Source: a bacterium (lineage in GTDB: Bacteria > Fidelibacterota > Fidelibacteria > Fidelibacterales > Fidelibacteraceae). Taken from it: a stretch of 64,000 nucleotides of DNA. Within the stretch, counting starts at the first letter, position 1, and every line of letters starts with the position of its first letter. Below are positions 1 through 9,304 of the stretch, one piece after another. Location of the stretch: positions 256,001 to 320,000 of the forward strand of contig OY781066.1 in NCBI GenBank assembly GCA_963676395.1. Direction: 5' to 3'. Position numbers and translations under genes: made by a program. The notes below the pieces were generated by a model, which saw only the letters and a list, made by a program, of their open reading frames with translations, did no database searches and was not told where the DNA came from.

Positions 1-1877
1 AGATCAACTTCGGCAAAACCGCTTTTCTTGGTTTTTTCATTAAAAACCGTCAGCTTGACCGATTCAGAAGGTATATGTTTCAAATCAGCATCAAGCTTCA
101 TATAACGGTATATATCTTTATTTTTTCTTCCGTCTCCGACTGTAACATTCTTAGGTGCATCATCACCGGCAAGATCAAATTTCCAGATATCATATTTATC
201 ATAAATAAATACACAGCTATCTCCTTTACCCCAGCCAGAATAACCATGCGGACCGGGTTGCCAAGGATGATCATCATCTTCATTATAAAAAGCAACATCA
301 AGATCTTTTGTTAAGCAAACAACTTCTTTGCTCCGAGTATCCATAGTATACCAATTCAGATCTTCATGATCATACCAAAGCAAATATTTTTGTTCGGGAG
401 ACAATTGTGGATCAAAACTCTTCTTCCTTAGCACCAGTTCTTTTTTACCCGTCTTAATATCAACCAGATAATAATCGTAATAGTCAATTGATTCCCAGGA
501 GATCAACTTGCGATAAGGTAAGTTACTTTCACCTAGGGTTAGTTTTTCGTCAAATTTACGACTTGTTTTTACAGTCGGTACTTCTTCGCTTGCTAATTGA
601 ATAATCCTTTTATTACCGATATTAACATAAGCAACATAATTTCGTTTCTTTTCACGAGCCAACTCTTTTTTCTGTTGTGTCTGCAGAAGTGGATCATTCC
701 ATGACCATACATCCAAAACGGCCTTTTCTTCTTTCAACAATGTGTCTTCCGGTTCTTCAACGGGAAGCGGAGCTGTTCCAAACATAAGTCGTTTGCCATC
801 TTCTGAGAATCTTGGCATACGAATAGAAGAAATGCCCCAACCATCTTTCATACCGCGAACATTCTCATCTAAATAACATTTAGCTTTGTTACGTCCAGTT
901 TTCCAATAATAAACATCATAAACCTTTTGATCTGTGGTATCATCGGAAAATAAAAATGCCAATTGCTCACCTTTATCATCAAAAGAAAATGATTTTGCCG
1001 TACCATATGTTTCAAGAATGGTTTCAACACTACCCTTTTCGGCATTGATAATTGAAATTCTAACAGAATCTGTTTTAAGTTTTGTTAAAGCAACAACCTT
1101 ATCTCCATCTTTACTGGTAGTATATGATGTCACGTATTCTATGATAGTTGTATCTTGATTGAGAGGATCATAAACCCAAAGAGGCGTACCGCTTTCACGA
1201 ACTTTCTTTTTAGTTTTTTTCTTTTCTTTTTTGACCTTACTGCTATCAACAGCACTTGTATCTGCCAATAAAGAATCAGCTTTAAGCGAATCTACAACCG
1301 AAGTAGTGTCAGCATCTTTATCCTTTTTTTCAGGTGGTAAAGGTTTTTCGTGTAAGATCGTTAACCAGTTCGTTCCCTCTTTGCTCATTTTAAAGTTTTT
1401 AATTCTGGGGATTGTCAACAAAGTATCCTGCTCATAGATATAGATACATAGGGTATCTTTTGGCATTTTGTCTTTTTTAACTTTATCCAATGTTGCTTGA
1501 CGTTTAGTATCAAATCTTGGTCCTCGTTTAAAGGCAAGAAATTCATTACCGGGAGCAAATGCGGCTTTAGAGCCTCTTTCAAATGTATGCTTGATACCGG
1601 TTTCAACCTCATGCAGCATTAATGTAATATCCCCGCGATTGGGTTCAATATTATAACGAACCCATTGCCCATCGGTTGTAATTTGATAGTCGCCCATCCT
1701 TTCCCAGGCTGCAAAGTCATCAGGGCTCAGAGCACGCTTTTCTTTCACTTCTTCATTTTGCAATTTTTCAGCGGATGCAATTTCAACCTTTGCGTCGATT
1801 TTTGCATCCTCACTTTTTTCAGCACATGAGAAAAGTAGCAACAAAGCCATACTCATGATCGCGAGTCGTTTCAACAT
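1..1877 (-). CDS. S9-family (prolyl oligopeptidase/acylaminoacyl peptidase-like) lipoprotein, N-terminal propeller part; runs off the window start
   Basis: Not in the ORF track (no stop in window). Manual translation from ATG 1877 (RBS AAGGA): MLKRLAIMSMALLLLFSCAEK (lipobox LFSC)...KRALSPDDFAAWERMGDYQITTDGQWVRY...LDVWSWNDPLLQTQQ, typical of Bacteroidota-type S9 peptidases. The catalytic domain lies outside the window. Only segments were translated by hand. Confidence 0.75.
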   Translation of the reverse strand, partial: MLKRLAIMSMALLLLFSCAEKSEDAKIDAKVEIASAEKLQNEEVKEKRALSPDDFAAWERMGDYQITTDGQWVRYNIEPNRGDITLMLHEVETGIKHTFERGSKAAFAPGNEFLAFKRGPRFDTKRQATLDKVKKDKMPKDTLCIYIYEQDTLLTIPRIKNFKMSKEGTNWLTILHEKPLPPEKKDKDADTTSVVDSLKADSLLADTSAVDSSKVKKEKKKTKKKVRESGTPLWVYDPLNQDTTIIEYVTSYTTSKDGDKVVALTKLKTDSVRISIINAEKGSVETILETYGTAKSFSFDDKGEQLAFLFSDDTTDQKVYDVYYWKTGRNKAKCYLDENVRGMKDGWGISSIRMPRFSEDGKRLMFGTAPLPVEEPEDTLLKEEKAVLDVWSWNDPLLQTQQKKELAREKKRNYVAYVNIGNKRIIQLASEEVPTVKTSRKFDEKLTLGESNLPYRKLISWESIDYYDYYLVDIKTGKKELVLRKKSFDPQLSPEQKYLLWYDHEDLNWYTMDTRSKEVVCLTKDLDVAFYNEDDDHPWQPGPHGYSGWGKGDSCVFIYDKYDIWKFDLAGDDAPKNVTVGDGRKNKDIYRYMKLDADLKHIPSESVKLTVFNEKTKKSGFAEVD

Positions 1878-1887
1878 AACATATCCT

Positions 1888-3606
1888 TTATTGATTATTA
1901 TTTTTAAAATAGTGTTTCTTCAGGAAATTATAATCATAAAAAGTTCCATTCTTACAAGATAAAACTCCCCCGCATTCGCATTCACCACACATGCCAATTC
2001 CACACATGTTGTTAGTTTCGAGAGAGGCATAACAATATTTCGGATCACATCCTTTGCTTTCGGCAAGCTCAAGAGTTTTTTCCATAAGCACATCCGGACC
2101 GATGGTATAAATGGTACAATTATTCGTTTCGATACGATCTAATTCTTCTGCTAATTTATCCATAACACGTCCGGGTTTACCATCATCGGGCACCACATTC
2201 AATTTTGCATAAGGTTCTATCAATTCCTGATAGCAAATCTCATTTTTATCACTCACACCATGATAAACGCTTACAAGCCTACCAACCGATGCCAAACTCT
2301 CCGCAAGTTTGGGAACTAAAGCAAGACCGGTCCCGCCCGAAACGATATAAGCATGCGACATTGAGTTTTCGGGTATAGATTTACCGTATGGGCCACGAAT
2401 GTATAATGTATCACCGACCTTTTTCTTAAAAAGTCCTTTTGTAAATTTTCCTTTACGTGAGTGAATATTTGTCTCTCGCAAGCGAACAATAAAACGTAAA
2501 GGTGAACTGGAAACGATACCAAAGGGTTTCTCTCCAACTCCGGGGATCCAGATAAAGGCATACTGCGACGCTTTGAAAAGAATTGAATCGCCTTCAAGCT
2601 CAATATCCCACATAGTTTCACTTAGTTCATTGATCTTTTTAATCGTGTAATCTTTATATTTCGCCAAGCGCTTTACAGATAAAAAAGTCGCTGCCGAATC
2701 AGTTTGATTTTCGGTATCATATCGCAAAGCCTCAAAATAATCCTTGTACCGTCCGTCAATAACTCGTGCAACCACAGAGCCAACACCAATAGCATTTGCT
2801 CCCGCTTTCATTAAAGCGCGTACCTGTGCACCTCTGCTAACGCCACCCATTCCAAGAATAGGAACGTCTGGACCAATCGCTTCGCGGATCTCTTTAATCT
2901 TTTCTATTGCGACATCAAAAACATGTTCACCGCTCTTACCGCCTTTATGGCCATTAGGATTATAAAGGACTGCCGCACCTGAAACAGAATCTTTAAACTC
3001 AATGGGACCGGTTGTATTAATAGCAACTATACCATCGGCTCCAGATTTAACAGCTATCTTTGCCATTTCTCCAATATTTTCAACATTGGGAGTTAATTTT
3101 GGGAAAAGTGCAACTTTGGTATGAGGACGAATCGCTCTCATGTATTCTTTAATTAATTCCGGCGAGGTACCAATAGAAGAACCATAACCCGGTTTGGCGT
3201 GGGGACAGGAAAAATTCAGTTCGAACATATCCGCAACATCTTCGAATTTTTGTACCAGCTCAATAAAATCTTCCGGTGAATTTCCTGCAATGGATATATT
3301 TAAGATAGAACGGAGGGGCTTTTCATCACACAACTGTTTCAGTTCTTTATAGGCAAGCTTCATGCCGGGATTTTTTAAACCGACAGCATTTACATATGAT
3401 CCAACTTCAACTTCTGCTACGATAGGTTCTCTATTACCCGGCGTTGCTTTAACCTGAAGGCTCTTGGTAGTAATTATATCTATATCTTTGACTTCTTCAT
3501 CTACCCGTCTGATCAAGTTGGGTTTTGTGGTCCACACACCCGAAACGGTGGCAAACTTTAGTTCGCCGTTTAAAAATATCTCTTTGATCTCATTTGCTGT
3601 TTTCAT
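1888..3606 (-). CDS. pyrD: Fused dihydroorotate dehydrogenase B catalytic subunit (PyrD) + electron-transfer subunit (PyrK)
   Basis: N-half has TTKS, NAVGLKNPG, ELNFSCPH, KLTPN, INT, GGKSG, GMGGV. C-half has QYAFIWIPG, RGPYG, GGTGLA and the [2Fe-2S] motif CGIGMCGEC...C. Start moved to MKTAN (3606). Confidence 0.92.
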   Translation of the reverse strand: MKTANEIKEIFLNGELKFATVSGVWTTKPNLIRRVDEEVKDIDIITTKSLQVKATPGNREPIVAEVEVGSYVNAVGLKNPGMKLAYKELKQLCDEKPLRSILNISIAGNSPEDFIELVQKFEDVADMFELNFSCPHAKPGYGSSIGTSPELIKEYMRAIRPHTKVALFPKLTPNVENIGEMAKIAVKSGADGIVAINTTGPIEFKDSVSGAAVLYNPNGHKGGKSGEHVFDVAIEKIKEIREAIGPDVPILGMGGVSRGAQVRALMKAGANAIGVGSVVARVIDGRYKDYFEALRYDTENQTDSAATFLSVKRLAKYKDYTIKKINELSETMWDIELEGDSILFKASQYAFIWIPGVGEKPFGIVSSSPLRFIVRLRETNIHSRKGKFTKGLFKKKVGDTLYIRGPYGKSIPENSMSHAYIVSGGTGLALVPKLAESLASVGRLVSVYHGVSDKNEICYQELIEPYAKLNVVPDDGKPGRVMDKLAEELDRIETNNCTIYTIGPDVLMEKTLELAESKGCDPKYCYASLETNNMCGIGMCGECECGGVLSCKNGTFYDYNFLKKHYFKNNNQ

Positions 3607-3770
3607 TGCACCCCAGCTATTTATCATTAGCATTTAAGATAATAAATTTTACCTGTAAATGATAATGAAAAAGAAATAATACCTCATATGAAACGGTATT
3701 TTTGCTTTTTAATTTATTCTCTCCTGCTTATATTTAATCTGTTAGTTTTCAATAAATACAGGAGATTCTC

Positions 3771-4148
3771 ATGAAGCTGATTGGTAACATTCTTTGGTGG
3801 ATATTTGGTGGATTATTAACAGCACTGGAATACTTTGTGGCATCATTTATACTTATGGTCACAATCATTGGCATTCCTTTTGGTATACAAACCTTCAAAA
3901 TCGGTGTCATGTGTCTAATGCCTTTCAACTCTACTATCAGAGAAAAAAACCGGAAAAGCAACCTCATTTCAATCATAATGAATATCATCTGGTTTTGTGT
4001 GGGTGGATTATGGATCGCATTAACACATGTTGTTTTTGGAATAATATTGACAGTTACTATTATTGGTATTCCATGGGCAAAACAACATTTTAAAATGGCA
4101 CGTATTTCATTCGCTCCATTTGGGAAAGAGATTATTACAAAACATTAA
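3771..4148 (+). CDS. YccF-domain inner membrane protein
   Basis: Two repeats of NI(L/I)W..GG...TIIGIP...PF, the YccF signature. Confidence 0.9.
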   Translation: MKLIGNILWWIFGGLLTALEYFVASFILMVTIIGIPFGIQTFKIGVMCLMPFNSTIREKNRKSNLISIIMNIIWFCVGGLWIALTHVVFGIILTVTIIGIPWAKQHFKMARISFAPFGKEIITKH

Positions 4149-4150
4149 AC

Positions 4151-4522
4151 ATGATTATATCCCTTTACAATTCGGACATCAATATTCTGGAAGTGAAAAT
4201 CTCTGGACATGTTACGATTGGTGAGTTAAAAGAGCACTTAAAAGATATCAACAACAGGCAAGATCTTCCGAAACAATTGCATATTCTAACTGACACAATC
4301 GATGCAATATTCACTTCATCCCCGAATGATTCTAAAAGTGCTGCAGATTTTAATTACTCATTACCTAAAAGATATGATCATATTAAGGTTGCAATCTTAA
4401 CGGATGATCCAAATCAAACATCGATTATTCTTTTATTTCAGCATCTTGCCAGAAGTAAGAATTACAATGTAAAGGTGTTCGTTTTAAAGGAAAATGCCAC
4501 ACAGTGGCTTAGATACACTTAA
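4151..4522 (+). CDS. Hypothetical protein, SpoIIAA/STAS-SEC14-like
   Basis: 123 aa; ISGHVT..E, ILTD, KVAIL and the terminal VF...ENATQWL pattern. Confidence 0.6.
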   Translation: MIISLYNSDINILEVKISGHVTIGELKEHLKDINNRQDLPKQLHILTDTIDAIFTSSPNDSKSAADFNYSLPKRYDHIKVAILTDDPNQTSIILLFQHLARSKNYNVKVFVLKENATQWLRYT

Positions 4523-4535
4523 AATTATATAGACT

Positions 4536-4567
4536 AAAAAGAAAGGACTCAATTGAGTCCTTTTTTT
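4536..4567. terminator. Bidirectional intrinsic terminator between convergent genes
   Basis: AAAGGACTC-AATT-GAGTCCTTT flanked by A- and T-tracts. Confidence 0.8.
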
Positions 4568-4632
4568 ATTGTATAATTATTACCGTACCCGGATAAAGAA
4601 CGATCACAAACGTTCCCTAAATAGACATAAAA

Positions 4633-5511
4633 TTATATCTTACATTCGCGGATCAAGGCTTCCAATGCATCAGCAGAAACTTGAGCCCAATTCTCAGGAA
4701 TATGACCTGCTTTTTTCCAAGGATGAGTAATCCCACTGGATGAATTGATCCTAGCCAATTTCACATCGTAACCGCTCTCTTTTAAAGCAGCCATCACTTC
4801 ACAGCCAGAACCACCTTGCGAGCCTACACCCGGGATCAACATGGGAACTTCTGCACTTGCAAACATCGTAGCAAGATCCTTTAGCTCATCCAAATTTGTC
4901 GCACCTACCACAGCCCCTGTACCCGGATAATCTTTTGACCATTCAACGATCTTTTTCCCTACGGTTTTATAGAGGGTTTCTCCATCTTGCATCAGAAGAT
5001 TTTGGAAATCTTTTCCACCCTTATTTGATGTTCTGTTTAAAATATAAGTCCCTTGTTCTTTCTTGCTATAGTCAAGAAAAGGGATAACTGAATCAGAACC
5101 CATATAAGGTGAAATAGTTACAGCATCGGCAGCCCAGCGCTCAAAGCCTTCATTAGCATAATTGGCTGATGATGTCGCGATATCACCACGTTTATAATCC
5201 ATAATGATCGGAATGTGCGGAAAATAATTCTGGCATAATTTAATAGTTTTAGCCAACGCTTTTGAGCCACTAAAATCACTCTTAAGAGGAATATCGTGGA
5301 TCAAATAATAACCCTGATTTGGCTTAAACGCTGCAGGTTCCAAAAGGCGATCACTCATTTCTTTGAATAGTGCTTCAAAGAATGTAGGAATGATCTCATC
5401 GATCTGATAACCAGGTTGAGCAGGCAGATGATTTATTACCGGATCAAGTCCCATACACACCACATTACCGGTCTTCTCAGCCGTTTTTCTTAATTTATCA
5501 AGATAAGACAT
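4633..5511 (-). CDS. pyrF: Orotidine-5'-phosphate decarboxylase
   Basis: MGLDP, FKPN, DYKRGDI, SPYMGSDS, RTSN, GAVVGAT, LIPGVGSQGG, NSS motifs. Confidence 0.95.
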   Translation of the reverse strand: MSYLDKLRKTAEKTGNVVCMGLDPVINHLPAQPGYQIDEIIPTFFEALFKEMSDRLLEPAAFKPNQGYYLIHDIPLKSDFSGSKALAKTIKLCQNYFPHIPIIMDYKRGDIATSSANYANEGFERWAADAVTISPYMGSDSVIPFLDYSKKEQGTYILNRTSNKGGKDFQNLLMQDGETLYKTVGKKIVEWSKDYPGTGAVVGATNLDELKDLATMFASAEVPMLIPGVGSQGGSGCEVMAALKESGYDVKLARINSSSGITHPWKKAGHIPENWAQVSADALEALIRECKI

Positions 5512-5522
5512 AATACAATCCT

Positions 5523-6176
5523 TTAATTAAATCGTTCACCCCAAGTAAAAGGGGATTTTTGCCATTCGCGAAGCAGCTGAACTTGTTCTGCGTTAAAATA
5601 TTTTTTTTCTTCCACTACATCAATCAATGTATCAAGTGTGATCAATGGTTGATATTTGGCATCTTCACTATCAAAGGCTTCTTGGGCTTTTTCAAAGCCA
5701 TAGGAGAAAATTGATAAACATACATCCACCTTAGCACCGGCAGCGCGAACTACCTTCAATGAGTCAACCGAAGAACCACCTGTTGAAATAAGATCTTCGA
5801 TCATGATCACATGTTTATCTTTAATCATATCCGGATGCGGAACTCCTTCAATCTTATTTTGCATACCGTGATCTTTTTGAGATTTCCTGGGATAAATAAA
5901 GGGTTTACCAAGAATATCTGCGACCAACATACCATGAGGGATCCCGGCTGTTGGTGTACCGGCGATCATATCACAGGGAATACCCTTTTCTTTGATCAAC
6001 CGGGCAAAACCTTCAGCAATCAGTCGACGATATTCCGGATAGAAAAGAAATAATCTATTGTCATTATAAATTGGCATTTTATACCCGGATGCCCAGGTAA
6101 AAGGATTATCGGGTTGTAGTTTGACCGCCTTGATCTCAAGAGCTGCCTTTGCAATTTTTCTTGCCATGTTTTCCAT
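5523..6176 (-). CDS. pyrE: Orotate phosphoribosyltransferase
   Basis: PFTWASG..PIYNDNR, AGIPHG, KDHG, IEDLISTGGSS; RBS AGGAG before ATG 6176. Confidence 0.95.
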   Translation of the reverse strand: MENMARKIAKAALEIKAVKLQPDNPFTWASGYKMPIYNDNRLFLFYPEYRRLIAEGFARLIKEKGIPCDMIAGTPTAGIPHGMLVADILGKPFIYPRKSQKDHGMQNKIEGVPHPDMIKDKHVIMIEDLISTGGSSVDSLKVVRAAGAKVDVCLSIFSYGFEKAQEAFDSEDAKYQPLITLDTLIDVVEEKKYFNAEQVQLLREWQKSPFTWGERFN

Positions 6177-6190
6177 GTGTCTCCTATAAG

Positions 6191-7786
6191 TTAAATATCC
6201 CAAACATCTTTATAGTTGTGTTTCTTGTCACAGTATTTACAAATGAATGTATTATCTTCTGTTTTATAAAAGAAGGGGGTCGCACCTTCATGGTGACCAG
6301 GATGCGAAATACAATCCGGATTTTTACATGATATCTCATCAAAATCGTAGATCTTTGGTGGAAAATGTATTCTATACTTCTCTTTTACGACAGAATCCTT
6401 AATAATATTCAAAGTAGTTTCAGGTGCAATTGCTGAAAGTTTTTTCATTTTAACCAGATCAAATTGATCCATATCCGGTATAGATAAAACTCCTTTAAAT
6501 TGTCCGGTTTTATGAGATTTATATACACCATGTGATGATACAACATTCAGATCCAAAATCTTTCTTGCCTTATAGATATGCTCCCAAATCGTCGCTATAT
6601 CTTCACCCTTACCAATATGATCGATCACAATACCATTATCTACCGGTTTAGTGCCTATTTTAAATTCCTTTGCTACTGAATTAAATGTCTTAATTTCTTC
6701 AATATAGTCTTTTTTCACGATCCCAAGAATAGGGGATTCACCTTCAAAATCTTCACCTAGCCTGCCACCAAACATACCGACAAGCACAGCCCTGGTATAG
6801 TAACCATTCATTGCCTGAAGATCCCAGCCATTCAAGGGTGTTTTATCCAAAAAGAAGGGTATGGTTGGATACTCACGATTTCGCGGTAAGGGGTGATAGA
6901 ATTTTGATCCTTCATCCATTTTTTCTATCCATTCACGACGGAAGGTTACAGCCTTTGTCAGTCGCTCAGAATGTTGTTTAACGTCCTCCCCCATACGCTC
7001 CAATTGAAGTCGGGTAAAATACCAGATCTTTGCACGTTTTTCATCTTTCATGTATTCTTCGATGGATTCAAATTCACGAACTTTATATCCATTTGCGATC
7101 ATCTTATTCTTGTAATACATGGGCATACCTAATTCGCGGGGAGCAATCAGATCCACTTCAACTTCCTTGTAGATATTTAATCCATCGGCTTTTGAGTGAA
7201 CCGTACGACCATGAAAAAGGTCACCAACCAATGCAATATGAATATGATCACGATTAAAATCGTTTTGTTCAAGAAAGGTATACTCGTCAAGGATCTCTTG
7301 GGTAGGATGCTCATGCTTTCCATCGCCGCCATTGATAAAGGAAGGTTTTAATATTCCCATTCGTTCAGAGAACTGTCCCAAATCATAATCTAACCAGCGT
7401 GTTACACCCTCAAGTTTGGTACGAATAATGTAAACAGAGTATGGGCTATAGGTTGTAAGCATGCGAAAAGTATCTGCATAACTTTCTTTTTTACTAAAAG
7501 ATGAGGTTGTAGAATCAAAAATATTGGTCTTTACATTGTGAAACTTTACTGCATTTAAAAAGGATTCCTTTGTGCGTGTACTGGGTTCAACAAAAACCAA
7601 ATAAGTACCAACATTTTTAGTGTTAATACGAAAAGGATCGAGGTCACCATGATGTGCTTCTCGTTCCTTTAGTTCTTTGGTCTTGTTATACAGATACCAC
7701 TGCTCATCCTGAGACAAATCATTAATAACCGATAAAGACCGCCCCATAAATTTACCGTTCAATGATAAATCTTGATACTTTTTCAT
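6191..7786 (-). CDS. pyrB: Fused aspartate carbamoyltransferase catalytic + regulatory subunit (PyrB-PyrI)
   Basis: EPSTRT, HEHPTQ, VGDL..GRTVHS, TRLQLER, HPLPR, followed by the PyrI part (GIVIDHI; Zn motif CKNPDC...CKYC). Confidence 0.93.
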   Translation of the reverse strand: MKKYQDLSLNGKFMGRSLSVINDLSQDEQWYLYNKTKELKEREAHHGDLDPFRINTKNVGTYLVFVEPSTRTKESFLNAVKFHNVKTNIFDSTTSSFSKKESYADTFRMLTTYSPYSVYIIRTKLEGVTRWLDYDLGQFSERMGILKPSFINGGDGKHEHPTQEILDEYTFLEQNDFNRDHIHIALVGDLFHGRTVHSKADGLNIYKEVEVDLIAPRELGMPMYYKNKMIANGYKVREFESIEEYMKDEKRAKIWYFTRLQLERMGEDVKQHSERLTKAVTFRREWIEKMDEGSKFYHPLPRNREYPTIPFFLDKTPLNGWDLQAMNGYYTRAVLVGMFGGRLGEDFEGESPILGIVKKDYIEEIKTFNSVAKEFKIGTKPVDNGIVIDHIGKGEDIATIWEHIYKARKILDLNVVSSHGVYKSHKTGQFKGVLSIPDMDQFDLVKMKKLSAIAPETTLNIIKDSVVKEKYRIHFPPKIYDFDEISCKNPDCISHPGHHEGATPFFYKTEDNTFICKYCDKKHNYKDVWDI

Positions 7787-7940
7787 CTACTCAGACCTCC
7801 CCTGTTTTCTCCGTATTCCATACCGTTGATTTTTAGCAAATATAACGATTTGATAATGGGAATGGTATAAAATAAATGAAAAATCGAATTTATTCTGAAA
7901 AGCAGGAATTAAATTGCAAAATTGAATTATGGATAAAGTT

Positions 7941-7968
7941 GTGAGTTGTAAGGGGTGAGTGGTGAGTA
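7941..7968. repeat. Degenerate 7-bp tandem repeat (GTGAGTN) x4
   Basis: gtgagtt|gtaaggg|gtgagtg|gtgagta. Confidence 0.6.
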
Positions 7969-8065
7969 GATCTGTCAGTTGGTGCTGACTTTGGAGGCCT
8001 GCTGACAGGTCGAAGAATATCATTTTGAATCTCAATAGAGCCCGTGAAGAATCTATTTCTTTAAT

Positions 8066-8248
8066 AACCCCGGCGAACTTGTCGGACGAAGCTCAAAGAG
8101 CGAAATCTGATGGAGGGGTTGAACAAAGTAAAAACCCGGGAACATAAACGTCTAAATAATAAAGACCCCATCGGGGTCTAAGAAGAATATCCCCGGGTAG
8201 GACCCGGGGTTAAGCGCTATTCTCTACTCTTACAACCCTGAAGGGGTT
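8066..8248. repeat. Cluster of REP-like GC-rich palindromes
   Basis: AACCCC...GGGGTT (8066-8120) enclosing TCGGACGAAGCTC-AAA-GAGCGAAATCTGA; AGACCCC-ATC-GGGGTCT (8163-8179); CCCCGGGT-AGG-ACCCGGGG (8191-8209); AACCCT-GAA-GGGGTT (8234-8248). Confidence 0.7.
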
Positions 8249-8280
8249 AAATAAATGCTAAATGAATTTGATAATAAACC

Positions 8281-9303
8281 CTATTTCGTTTGACAATATC
8301 TGTAGATCATAATGCCATTACTTGTTCCAATCCACATATCACCACTGGGAGCCATCTTCATTACACGACAAAAGCCGACATTATCAGAATTATTTATTAC
8401 CCATCTTTGATTCATATCGAATATACCCAAACGAGGAATAAAGCCAGTAAACCAAATATTATCATTACCATCAATACTTAATTCACTGGTCATATGATTT
8501 CCGCCAAAACCAATAGCTTTATTTGTGCCATTAAATTTATATATAGATGGCTGTTCATTATAGGCAATGCTACTTAAAGTATAATCATCATTAAACCAGA
8601 GATTATTTTCACTATCGAATTCTATATCTGAAATATTATAAGGTGTATATCCTATATCAGAGGAATCAAAAGCTGTCCATTCTGAACCGTCATATTTCAG
8701 AAAAACAGGATTTCCACGATGAAATGCAAACCATACATCACCATTTTTATCAACTTCGATATCTTCAATAGAGCTACATTGACCAATATCTATTCCATTA
8801 GGATCATGAGAAGTAAACTCATCCCCATCAAAACTATATATTTTTTGTGTCAAACAATTTACTGTTGGATTAGAACCAATAAACCAAATCACATCTTCAT
8901 GATCAATTGCCAATAGTTTATCAAAGGCGTGAGGAATGTAATAATTATTGTCTATTGAATCATAACGAGTAAAATTATCTCCATCATAAGAGATCAAACC
9001 ATCGGCATTAAGCATCCACACATTACCTTGACTATCGACCTCCAAATCCCAAACATTGGCAGAATCTACTAAACATGAATTCGTATGATCAAATATTTCC
9101 ATGCTCCGATCGGGATTAAGCTTTACTAATCCATATTGATCATAAATAATTCCTACCCAAGCCGTACCGTTATTTTCTATCGCCAGCGAAACAATAAATT
9201 GATTATCCAAGGCAGTATCTACTAAGGTGATGCTACCGGAAGAGGGGTTTATTATGCATGATACGGAAAGAAAAATAAAAGAAAATAAAATAAGCTTTTT
9301 CAT
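8281..9303 (-). CDS. Beta-propeller lipoprotein (two-component regulator propeller-like repeats)
   Basis: Lipobox SVSC; repeated 'DIEVD..G.VWF' blades. Confidence 0.75.
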   Translation of the reverse strand: MKKLILFSFIFLSVSCIINPSSGSITLVDTALDNQFIVSLAIENNGTAWVGIIYDQYGLVKLNPDRSMEIFDHTNSCLVDSANVWDLEVDSQGNVWMLNADGLISYDGDNFTRYDSIDNNYYIPHAFDKLLAIDHEDVIWFIGSNPTVNCLTQKIYSFDGDEFTSHDPNGIDIGQCSSIEDIEVDKNGDVWFAFHRGNPVFLKYDGSEWTAFDSSDIGYTPYNISDIEFDSENNLWFNDDYTLSSIAYNEQPSIYKFNGTNKAIGFGGNHMTSELSIDGNDNIWFTGFIPRLGIFDMNQRWVINNSDNVGFCRVMKMAPSGDMWIGTSNGIMIYRYCQTK

Positions 9304-9304
9304 T

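Noticed and set aside
75..1612. Short ORFs listed in the track at the window start
   Set aside because: All lie within the long minus-strand S9 peptidase gene that the ORF track missed
7783..7821. 12-codon uORF (MEYGENRGGLSR) overlapping the pyrBI start, as a possible attenuator leader
   Set aside because: No RBS, no terminator/antiterminator or U-tract, and no PyrR-binding loop recognised
7787..8035. 82-aa ORF upstream of pyrBI
   Set aside because: TTG start, runs through repeat DNA and the likely promoter, no recognisable motif
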